From: Azolla caroliniana
Taxonomy: Eukaryota; Plantae; Polypodiophyta
Length of the DNA stretch: 64,000 nt
Direction of reading: 5' to 3'
NCBI GenBank assembly: GCA_043228905.1
Contig: JBHGNT010000011.1
Span: 19,220,001-19,284,000 of the forward strand
Made by a program: the position numbers and the translations under genes
The notes under the pieces: generated by a model
Told to the model about the DNA's origin: nothing
Database searches by the model: none
The model's input: only the letters and a program-made list of their open reading frames with translations
Shown: positions 24,901 to 35,382 of the stretch, in pieces
How positions within the stretch are numbered: the first letter of the stretch is position 1
How the letters are laid out: every line of letters begins with the position of its first letter

Positions 24901-26224
24901 ACAATCCAAACAAAATTGTAGAGTTTTTTTTGCCACTAGGTAGATTACATAATAAGGCGTGATAAAAGATGACATAAATGTTGAACAAATAACATCATGT
25001 TACGGTAAAGAAACCATGTGCTCTAGTGGGAGCTCCTCATCACATTTGTCTATAAGTATACATATTTTACGATGTTGAAAAGTTGTCAACATAAAAGCCA
25101 TGGTAATTGGTGCTTTTGAAATAACTTTTTGCTTTGTTATGCCAATACATTATCGTTGTTTATAATCCATTGATAAACAATGCTTTTGCCCAATTATCAA
25201 AGCCTCGCCCATGCTAGTATAAAACAAACTAATAGAAACAATGCACATGATGTTAGGAAGGACACGCATGAGACTAATATTGAATATAGCACATATAAGC
25301 CTTAATAGAAAATAAGAATATCTCAAACCTTATACGGAGTCATTCATATTATTGAAACACTAATAACATGTCTATATACGTGAAATAGGATGACCAAAAC
25401 ATAAAGAACTATTTGTTAGGTAAAATTTCGGTAATCTATTCATAGGAATTCTTTTACATTTAGAATATTAGGTTTTTGAATATTTTGAAATATCAAATCT
25501 ATAATTCGGGGTTTTCAAATTAATATATATTTCTTAAGCAATGATTGATGCCATTATTAGATCCAAATAATATGACTAAAAAAATGATGGTATCTCTTAA
25601 GATTGGGCTTCATCATCTTCAACCATCATCAAATAACAATATTTTGAGAAGTGGTGAAAACCCCATATGTAGACTCCTTCATCTTCTACTTCAATTACAA
25701 AGCCACTTGGTGGGTCAAAGTATCCATGGGCGAAATCAAGGTTCTATAACTTTCTTTATATGTTAATGGTGGATTAGTACCTTACACATAATAGTGAGCT
25801 CACCTCATAATTAAGACCCGTAAAACATACTCATGACAGAGGTGAGAGTACAATATACATATTGCATGTGTGCATATATAAGGTACCTTGAATTTTATAC
25901 CACCATGAAATTGTAAATCTATATCTTTATTGTAGATATTTAAACTATTTATATCCTTGTGGTGACCACACATTGATGGGTCGATTATCACATGCACTAT
26001 CACTACTTAATATTGGGGAACTATTAAGTAGTCACATTCACAGGTAAACGAATGCCACCGGCTAAGAGTTTAATGATGATCTGGTTTAATCTTATCTCGA
26101 CTTTACAAGGACAGTTTGAAAGCCTTCAGGGGCCCTCGGATGCGAGTGAAGAAGCTAGAGGTCATTTCCTTTTGAAATGGAGAGGTTCTCCGATGTTGTA
26201 GATGGTGGATGGCAATGCAAAATG

Positions 26225-26372
26225 TTTTTTTTTTTTTCAAAACAAAATATCCTTCCATTAGTTTTCAAAAAGCGTATCAGCAACAAACTACAAAATAGAT
26301 GAAAAGAAATGACTATCCCAATGGCTAACCATGGATCCTTCATTTAACTAAGATTCATCTCAACATTTAATT
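26225..26372 (-). mobile_element. Second copy of the short retroelement at 2230-2409
   Basis: Near-identical CAAAACAAAATATCCTTCCATTAGTTTTCAAAAA...GACTATCCCAATGGCTA.CCATG..CCTTCATTTAACTAAGAT, preceded by a T run. Confidence 0.8.
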
Positions 26373-26995
26373 ACATTTCCATATGTCTACCAAATCTCCC
26401 ATGTTGCCACCTGTTTTCAACATACCCGAAAATGTCATCATAGTAGTTAGAGACCTTGCACAAACATTCGAGGATAGAGTTGTATAGCATCCTCCTTCTT
26501 ATCATGCTCAATATAGCCCAATAACATGGCACACCATTGTACCATATCTCCACCAACAATAAATTCTCAAAAAGTTGATATGCTTCAATTATTGCTCCAC
26601 ATTTACGGTACCAACACATGATCTTTTTCCAATCCTTCTTTTGCATCCATCAAATCATTGTTAAGCACGATATCCTCCTCCATGAAGAAACCTTTATTTA
26701 TACCCTCATCATGAATTGTTTTCCCTTTTACACTAAATTGAGTGTTTCCAAAAGCCTTTAGGATGCAAATATATGTGATCCTATCAGGTGAGAGACCCTC
26801 ACTTTGCATCTTCTTTCTGTGTTGAGCATACCCACTAATGAGTGATTCGAAGAGTATAGAGTCCTAACAAGAAGCTCACAATGCACTTGTTGTGGTTTTT
26901 CAAGCATACCACAGTTCGCATACCTATCTACCAATGCCTTGCCCAACATAACATCCTTCTCACAAATCCCCGTCTAACAATCTGATCATGAACTT
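26373..26995 (-). pseudogene. PLS-class PPR pseudogene fragment
   Basis: Frameshifted pieces LGKALVDRYANCGMLEK, MQSEGLSPDRITYICILKAFG and YRKCGAIIEAYQLF across three frames. Confidence 0.85.
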
Positions 26996-27049
26996 GAAAT
27001 AAACAAAGATCTTATCACATTGTGAAATTCAATATAATAGCCAGTTCTG

Positions 27050-27536
27050 AGCTAGGCCGGCAAAAATGCATTCCAAGAGACTACAAATCGAAGTGGAACA
27101 TTGTCCAAAAACCTACTTGAGCGGAGACACATAAGGTGGACTAAAATATTCCATTTTATATCATCATAAGCTTGGCCACATTGAATACATCTTGGGATGT
27201 GAGCATTCCCAACTGCAATAAATGCAAAATGGATTTATTTGCCACCACGGTGGTTGTTCTCTCCGAGGGTACAAAACATATAGGTGGGTGTTGCCACGTG
27301 AAGAGATTGGAAGATGTCTATGCTGAATTAGGGTTGTATGAGGCTCACTTTGAGGGTATGTGGTCGAGTAATTCTATGCTCATCGGATGATGCGGTGATT
27401 ATGAGTTTTTTGTAGATTCCTTTATACATGTTGGTTTCTTTGTAGCCATGCAAGTTGGCTTGTAAGGTATGAGTTGTATATTATCCTATGTACATTGACT
27501 TAACTAATGGAAATAATAAATTTTTTTGGAAAAAAA
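27050..27536 (+). mobile_element. Probable 3' fragment of another non-LTR retrotransposon
   Basis: Ends AACTAATGGAAATAATAAATTTTTTTGGAAAAAAA (the shared 3' motif plus A tail). The 5' boundary is a guess. Confidence 0.4.
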
Positions 27537-27736
27537 GAGAGGGGGAAATATGCTATGAGTATGAATTCATAACCTTGTGGATTTACTAGACTAACACAAT
27601 AAAAAACCCTATTTAAACATAAAATGTCATTGAGAGGAAAATATGCCAGCATGGGACCCAAGCATGTATACTATGTCAGTGTATATGTTTTTACCCTCTT
27701 TTCAAGTGTTGATATATCACTTCCTCCCATTGATGT

Positions 27737-29235
27737 TGTGAAATGCACACAAGAGATCAAAACCAACCTACGTAGCTCCTTACTTCTTACTCAATTTATA
27801 GTCGATACAAAGGTACCCATTTGGGTTGGCTTAGCTAAAAAGAGTGTGCTAAAAGGGTGGGTCGGCTTAAGTATATGCATCCTAAAAAGGGTGTGCCAAA
27901 AGGGTGGGTTGGCTTAGGTACATGCATCCTAAAAAAGGGTGACATGCTAAAAGGGTGGCACAAAGGAACACATACACACCACATTTCTCCCCTGGGAAAA
28001 ACAAGAGACTGAGGAGCAAGAACATGAACAGGAACATGAGCAGTGGCTTGTCGAAGGAGGGAGAGCATCTGTTGGAGATAGAGCCCCCCCAAGTGATATT
28101 ATCCATGTTGGTAGGTTTCAAATGGACGCCAATGGACGATTTTGGTGGGAGGCGAGGGTTGCACCCATAGAGTGCTCGAAAAGAGTTGATCTGTGTCGAC
28201 ACCTATACGGATGTATTGTAGGCGTGGGTGACGAAAGGCAAGTTTTAATCCCAGGTTTTGTTGCATGGCTCTATGTAAGCGGCCATCTCCTTCTTGAGGA
28301 TCTTGTTGAGGTGTCCGGTGAGGCCATTTGTTTGATGATGGTATGGGACTTAAGCACCTATTGGACACCTAGTTGAGTTGCAAAGCCGTTGAGGACATCC
28401 CCATAGAACTGATGGCCCTGATTAAATAATAGTTGGATGGGGCTAGTGACGGAAAACGAGCTAACAATTCGCGGATAGAGATCAATCCCTCCTGTGGATT
28501 GAGGGCCATTGGACTTGGCTGAGGTGGGGGACAAGAGAGCTATAGGCAGATAAAGATGAATCACTCATGTGGACTGGGCTGAGGTGGGGGAGAGGAGAGT
28601 TATAGGCGGATAGAGATCAATCACTCTTGTGGACTGAGGACCACTTGGACTTGGCTGAGGTGGGGGACAAGAGGGCTATAGGCGGATAGAGATCAATCAC
28701 TCTTATGGATTGAGGGCCACCTGGACTTGGCTGAGGTGGGGGACAGGAGGGCTATCGTGTAAGAGGGGGATCAGAGAAACTCACAAGACAAGAAGTTAGT
28801 GGGCAACCTAAGGTGAAGGGGGAAGAGGTGGATGCTTGGACGTGGGGGATTGGTACCCCGCATCTCCACCAATATGTGAAATGCACATAAGAGATCAAAA
28901 CTAGCCTACTTAGCTCCTTACTTCTTACTCAATTTATAGTTGATACAAAGGTACCCATTTGGGTTGACTTAGCTAAAAAAGGTGGAGATGTGGGATTGGT
29001 ACCCCGCATCTCCACCAATATGTGAAATGCACATAAGAGATCAAAACTAGCCTACTTAGCTCCTTACTTCTTACTCAATTTATAGTTGATACAAAGGTAC
29101 CCATTTGGGTTGGCTTAGCTAAACAGGGTGGCTGCTTAGGTACACGCATCCTAAAAAGGGTGTGCTAAAAGGGTGGGTTGGCTTAGGTACATGCATCCTA
29201 AAAATGGTGGCACAAAGGAACACATGCACACCACA
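27737..29235 (-). mobile_element. Miniature non-autonomous Gypsy-type LTR retrotransposon with tRNA-Ala PBS
   Basis: LTRs TGTGAAATG...CACCACA at 27737-27983 and 29021-29235, plus a partial extra copy 28875-28980. PBS TGGTGGAGATGCGGGG on the minus strand (28855-28871 and 29001-29017). PPT AGGGGAGAAA at 27984-27993. Integrase remnant PYHHQTNGLTGHLNKILK..WD..LPFVTHAYNTSV..ALYGCNP at about 28155-28350. No clear TSD. Confidence 0.85.
28470..28757. repeat. About 76-bp minisatellite inside the Gypsy derivative (about 4 units)
   Basis: GCGGATAGAGATCAATCACTCTTGTGGA.TGAGG.CCA.TTGGACTTGGCTGAGGTGGGGGACAAGAG.GCTATAG repeated; one unit shortened. Confidence 0.9.
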
Positions 29236-32200
29236 AGATCTTAGAACTCGAGATCTGACCATTTTAAAGTTATCGTTATTTTGCATAGAAGAGCTTAAAT
29301 GTTGCATTGGACAATCTACTTCCAAAAGATGCATTACAAAGACAATACATGGCTCTGTTGTGCTAGTAAAAGACTATGATATATATACAAAAAATCTCCA
29401 TATTACCCCATGTATGAGGTGTTATAGCATCCCCTTCTCCTCTCTTCTTAAGGTTGAAAGAATTATCTCTCGTTTCCATCGTGATCTTGTTTTGTTGTTT
29501 CATCTTTTGTGTGTGGATGACTACTAGCTATTTATATTTCAAGACCATCATAAAATAATAATCTCGCAGTAGAAAATATTTGCCAGTTATTAAGGGAAAT
29601 ATTGTCATATTCTTTAGTTTTAACAACCCTCAAAGGCTTAATATTTCCAATCTAAAATATTGGTAATATGCCAAATGTATGCACTAAATATGGTCATATT
29701 GTAATTCGTATGGGGCTACACTTTATTAGGTAGGAATGTCTAATAACCTATAGAAATTAATCTATTAGGTAGCGATTATCTATTTAATTGTGACATCTCG
29801 TATGTTTCTTATGTAGTAATTTGTCTAATCAAGACTAAGATATTTTTTAATTAGTTTCGTGATTAGGTATGTGTTAAATTTGGATTACTTAAGCTATTGA
29901 GGATTCCACAATTGCATGGAATGGAAGGGAGGTAAATGCATTTATGTATTGATATATGATGTGGTCTTTGCATTGGAGCATGGCATCCCCCAATAGCTCA
30001 ACTAACACAAGATGAAGGAAGACAAACCCTTGAGACTTTTTTTTTCCAAAATAAAGCTACTTTCCCATTAGTTAGGAAGGATTATTACAAGGAGACTATA
30101 CAAGGAAGCTTATACACAAAACGGGGAATCTCCCTACGATCAAGGTCAAGAAAATGAGACTACTTACATAGTTTTTCAAACCAACTACCTAAAGTAAGTA
30201 GATACCTATACCTAAAAGCAGTGGCCTTTAGTGTCGGTCAAAATGAGCCGACTCCTGGGGCCTACAACGAAGGGAGGGAGGCATGAAAGAAGGAAACAAC
30301 TAGCATGGGGGCTGGTAGTTCCACCTCGGTCCACTTTCTCCTAGCGTCACCATAGGCGTGTTCCGCCATTTCTACCAAAAGCGCAACCGGGCAGTGGCCA
30401 CGTCATTGGAGTGGTTGCAAACCTCATCTAATTGCCTGCATAGGCAGCTGATAAGCGCGAACCAGATATCCATGATCACTTCCTCTGGGGGTTGTACCCG
30501 ATCTTGGAAAACCTTTAAGCAACGTGCTTTCCAGACATACCACAAGGTGAAGCCTGCGAACAACCTCCAAATTTCCAGGAACCTAGGGGATGCAGACAAC
30601 AAGTCTCGCTCGAAGCGGATCTTGATGATTTTGCCTCCCGTACATACATAGCACCATGTATCTGCATTAAAGGCGTTCGTCCACCTATCAGTCGAGTGGT
30701 CAATCCATGCCGCAACACTCCACGATGCTATTCCATCCACTTCACATGCCGCAAGGAGGCGAGTGACTCTGTCCCATACCTTTTGAGCTTGAGGCCAATC
30801 CCAAAGATAGTGTCTCAGAGACTCAATAGGTGAAGAGCAAAGTGGGCAACCTATCGGGCCGCCCCTTTACCAAGCCATTCCCCAACAGGAATCACATTGT
30901 GACCGATCTACCACCAAAAGAGCTTGATTTTTTCAGGCATGTGGAGACACCAGAGACCCTTCCAAAAGTTAATGAGCACCTCGTCAGGGATGCCCAATGT
31001 TCGCCATCCATTACGAATGGGACCATCGAGCTGCAGTTGTAGAGTCCACCCCAATTTAGTGCTATATTCGAAGAAGTGGTAGAGTTTGTCACCATGTTTC
31101 CACCTGAAATCCCCTGGGTCCCATTTTGGTTCAACGAGGGGACGAGAACCATATACCCATAACTTCCAATGGGGTTCCACCTTAGTAACATCTGGGTCTG
31201 TCTTCCAAATGTTATCAACCTCCACCACCATTCAAACCGGATGCCAAGTGCCCCTACTCTGCCTCTCCCCAAAAAATGTATCTCTACCCAATCGACTCAC
31301 ACCCTTCACCAACTTAACCATGCCAGGATCATCAAAGAGACCGAACCATGCATCTTCTCGCGCATTCCCCAACGGAACCCTATCAACTGCCTCAGTTATC
31401 AGTCTCCGCATCTTCATAGCTCCCTTGAGGGGAGGGAATGGGTCCTCCTGGGCTCCCCTTGGAGAAACCATGCGTCACCAATCGTCTATAGAGTGAAGCC
31501 CTATCTGCGCCAACTTTCTCCATGCCAAGCCCTTAAGCTGCCCTAACTGTCGAATACAAGTGTATAATGGACGTATTCACACTATCCCTTTGGGCCATTT
31601 GTGTAATTAGCATAAATGGTAGTTGCCCTAAGTCGGTCACTATATATAGTGACCTTGTAACCTTTTTGTAAGGTTGGGTGTTGTATTATTGCTTTGTGGA
31701 ATAAAGAGTTCTTTTGTGCCTCTCTCTCTCTCTCTCTCTCTCCATCTCTGTGCACAACGATCTACAATCTATCATACGCAGGTACTCAGAACAGAATCGA
31801 ATGCTTCTTGATCTTCCGCACAGACGACTTGATCTCCAACATCTGGTATCAGAGCCTGCATAGTATTCGGTCCTTCATCCCGCTGTCGGACGTCGTCTCA
31901 ACCTGCACAGCATTCGGTTTCTTGCGTCATTCGAAGAAGAGAGAAGAAGAAGAAAAACGAGGCTCGCATCTCATCGCGTTAGATCATCTTCGCTTGGAGT
32001 AAGCCAACAGGTTGTACTCTGTTCCTTGTGATCGTAACCGCTCGAGGTGAAATCCCCTTGTGCAACATTGACACGATCGTGCTCCACTCGGTTAAACGGC
32101 ATCCGAAGAGGTCACTAAACGCTGCTCGCCGCTCGTTGTAACCACTCGGTGCAGATCGGTCTCAAGACAACAACCCCAATTCGTGCTTCATCCGGCTGAT

Positions 32201-32537
32201 CGACATTCGAGAGGATCAGTTGGATCTGTCTCTCTCGTCGCTGCAGCCACCCGAAGCAGAATCGGCCCAGACAATCGGTTTCAATAATCGGTATTCGGCA
32301 CATATATCCGAAGCGAACCGGGCTCACTCCGACTCGGCAACATTCGGGAAGACCAGTCGGTTCTGTCCCTCAAGTTACCGGAGTCAATTCGAGCAAGTTC
32401 AACAATACATATATCCGAAGCCGAACCGACTCGGGTTCAAATCCGACTAGAACGATATCGGGTGAGCCAACCGGCTGCACTCCAACAAGGTTCGTAGTCA
32501 ACTCCGAACCGAGCTTCGTCAACAGAAACCAAATTTG

Positions 32538-34760
32538 ATGGCATCAACATCCGGCTCGTCAGAAATGAGTCTACGAAAGTTCGATGGATCGAACTTCAAC
32601 TTCTGGAAGGAACAAATGCAGGACTATCTCATAGTCAAGGGGCAAATCGACCCCATCGAAAATGAAGAACCTCCAGAAGGATACAAACCAATTGAGTGGC
32701 AGAAGCTGGACAGAATCGTCCGCCCCACGATTCGGATGCACCTATCGGAATCGGTATACTTTACGGTGCAATCGTGTACGACAGCATTCGAACTGTGGAA
32801 AACACTGTCGGACACTTACGAAAAGAAGGTCGCCGCAACGAAGATGTTTCTGATCCGGCGCCTCTACAACTTGCGGATGAAAGAATCCGATTCGGTTCAA
32901 GCACACCTCAATGAGTACGAAAGCATAAGCTCCCAAATCTCGTCACAGGGGACGGCAATCGAGGATGAACTCAGAGCAATGATACTCATGAGCAGCCTTC
33001 CCTCATCATGGGAAACTTTCGTCACAACCGTGTGCAACGCGTCAACCACGGCTGTTAAATACTCCGAAGTCACGAGCGCAATCCTGACTGAAGCAGCTCG
33101 GAGAAAGTCTTTCGCCAAAGACTCAACAGACGACGCTTACGTAGTACAAGGTTCGACAGACCGATCGAACATACGAGGAAGAGATTCCTCACGGCCGCCG
33201 AACAATCAGCGAAGACGGAGCCAGTCACGGGATAACCGAATCTGCAACTATTGCAAGAAACCCGGACACATCAAAGCCGACTGCCGCGCACTCAAGAACA
33301 AGAACAACAAGAAGAGTGGCCGGCATGAGGAGATCAATCACGTCAGCTTCTCAGCTGATGTGCTACTAGACGACCCGAATATACTATCAATCGAAAATAC
33401 AGTCGAATCAGAAGTTCTACTCACGACTGAAGAGTCGAGCACATGGCTCTTGGATTCGGGCGCGTCATTTCACGTGACTCCTCATCGATCCCAATTTCGG
33501 CAATATACGATCCGTCACTCCGACTCAGTTCGAGTCGGCAACTCACAACACTGTGACATCATCGGAATCGGCACAGTAGAGCTCAACCTTGCAGGTGGCT
33601 CTACACTTGTACTCCACAATGTCCAACATGTACCCGAGCTCTCAAGGCCATTGATCTCAGTCGGACAACTAGATGAAGACGGCATTCGTGCCGGTTTTTC
33701 TTCGGGAGGGTGGACACTCCACAGGGGGAACCTCCTGCTTGCTAGAGGACCCAAGATACACTCACTGTATCCGTTACATGTTACGCTCAGAGAGGGTAAC
33801 CTGTTTTTGGTGGATATTCCTGTGTCATCACTATGGCACCGAAGATTAGGACACTTCAGCAAGGCCGGCATTACGCATCTATCTAGAGCCGGATACATCC
33901 CCAAACTCTCCTTCTCCGACCATCAATTCTGCGAACATTGCCAGTATGGCAAACAAGCAGCCGCATCACACCCGACATCAGCACCAAGAGAAACGAGACC
34001 TCTCGATTTAGTCCACTCGGACGTCTGTGGCCCAATGCCGCATCAGTCTCTCGGCGGTGCCTCTTACTTCGTCAGTTTTATTGACGATTCGACTCGAAAG
34101 GTGTGGGCTTATCCAATTCGCACCAAAGATCGTGTCTTCTCGATCTTCTCCGATTGGCTCGCTATGGTAGAAAATCAAACCGACCGAAAGCTGAAATGCT
34201 TTCGAACAGACAATGGGGGAGAGTTCAAATCCGAAGAATTCGTCAAATTCTACCGACAACGCGGCATCCGACGTGAATTTACGGCACCACACAGTCCGGA
34301 GCAAAACGGGATTGCCGAACGCATGAATCGGACAATCCAAGAACGGATAGTTTCCATGCTCCAACACTCCGGACTGTCGGATGGCTTCTGGGCAGAGGCT
34401 CTACTCACGGCAGTACACATAATCAATATGTCGCCAAGTAGACCTCTAGGACTTCAAATTCCTCAGGAACTATGGATTGGCAGTAAGCCGAATTACGACA
34501 AGCTGAGGATCTTCGGATGCGAGGCGTACGCCCTTATTCCGAAAGATGATCGGACCGACTATATCGGACTATATCGGACGTGTCTTGGAACGCTTCAACA
34601 TGCAATCAGCCAAATCTGCTTCAACCCCGCTCCCCATGAATCTTCGGCTCTCTCAGCGAGACTGCCCGACATCCGGTCCGGAGGGGGAAGATATGAAGTC
34701 GGTACCGTATGCACCGGCAGTCGGCTCCCTTATGTACCTGATGGTCGCGACACGGCCTGA
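32538..34760 (+). CDS. Copia Gag-protease-integrase polyprotein (runs out of frame after the deletion junction at about 34555)
   Basis: CNYCKKPGHIKADC knuckle, WLLDSGASFH protease, LWHRRLGH..CEHC, VHSDVCGP / RTDNGGEF / QNGIAERMNRT DDE motifs. Confidence 0.92.
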   Translation: MASTSGSSEMSLRKFDGSNFNFWKEQMQDYLIVKGQIDPIENEEPPEGYKPIEWQKLDRIVRPTIRMHLSESVYFTVQSCTTAFELWKTLSDTYEKKVAATKMFLIRRLYNLRMKESDSVQAHLNEYESISSQISSQGTAIEDELRAMILMSSLPSSWETFVTTVCNASTTAVKYSEVTSAILTEAARRKSFAKDSTDDAYVVQGSTDRSNIRGRDSSRPPNNQRRRSQSRDNRICNYCKKPGHIKADCRALKNKNNKKSGRHEEINHVSFSADVLLDDPNILSIENTVESEVLLTTEESSTWLLDSGASFHVTPHRSQFRQYTIRHSDSVRVGNSQHCDIIGIGTVELNLAGGSTLVLHNVQHVPELSRPLISVGQLDEDGIRAGFSSGGWTLHRGNLLLARGPKIHSLYPLHVTLREGNLFLVDIPVSSLWHRRLGHFSKAGITHLSRAGYIPKLSFSDHQFCEHCQYGKQAAASHPTSAPRETRPLDLVHSDVCGPMPHQSLGGASYFVSFIDDSTRKVWAYPIRTKDRVFSIFSDWLAMVENQTDRKLKCFRTDNGGEFKSEEFVKFYRQRGIRREFTAPHSPEQNGIAERMNRTIQERIVSMLQHSGLSDGFWAEALLTAVHIINMSPSRPLGLQIPQELWIGSKPNYDKLRIFGCEAYALIPKDDRTDYIGLYRTCLGTLQHAISQICFNPAPHESSALSARLPDIRSGGGRYEVGTVCTGSRLPYVPDGRDTA

Positions 34761-35382
34761 TATTTCTCACGCCGTAGGAGTCGTTAGCAGATTTATGCAC
34801 AATCCCGGCCGATCGCATTGGAACGCAGTCAAGCATGTGTTCAGATATCTGGCTGGCACAAAAGACCACGACATTCTTTTCGGTCCGAACCGAAACTCAG
34901 GCGTAGTCGGTTACACCGACTCGGACTTCGCCGGCTGTATAGACAGTCGGAAATCAACAACCGGATACTGCTTCAAATTCGGCAATGGAGCAATCTCGTG
35001 GAAGTCGAAACTTCAGGAGTGCACAGCGACCTCAACGACCGAAGCAGAATATGTAGCTGCGTCCGACGTAGCAAAAGAAGCTTTGTGGCTCGGTCGGCTG
35101 GCGCACACGTTTCGACAAGTCGACCATGACTCGGCCCCAGTTGTCTATAGCGACAGTCAAGGTGTTGTTGCCTTGTCGAGAAATCCGGTTCACCACAACG
35201 CCTCCAAACATATCGACGTTCGATATCACTTCGTTCGGGACTGCGTCATTTCAGGGAAAATCGGTCTAGAGAAAATATCCACAACCGACAATGTCACAAA
35301 TGGAATGACCAAGTGTCTTTCGGCAGACCGCTTTCGGTCTCTTCGGCATCAGATGGGCGTAACGACAAACCAGTCCGGTTAG
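34564..35382 (+). pseudogene. Copia RT C-terminus and RNase H (orphaned frame)
   Basis: DYIGRVLERFNM, PYAPAVGSLMY, TRPDI, GYTDSDFAG, TTEAEYVA, KHIDVRYHF. The final ADxxTK motif is altered to TNGMTK. Confidence 0.9.

Noticed and set aside
28470-28757. CRISPR-like array
   Set aside because: Units are contiguous with no unique spacers, lie inside an LTR element, and the DNA is eukaryotic with no cas genes.
28843-28871. tRNA-Ala gene
   Set aside because: Only the 3' ~28 nt including CCA are present next to an LTR, so it is a primer-binding site.
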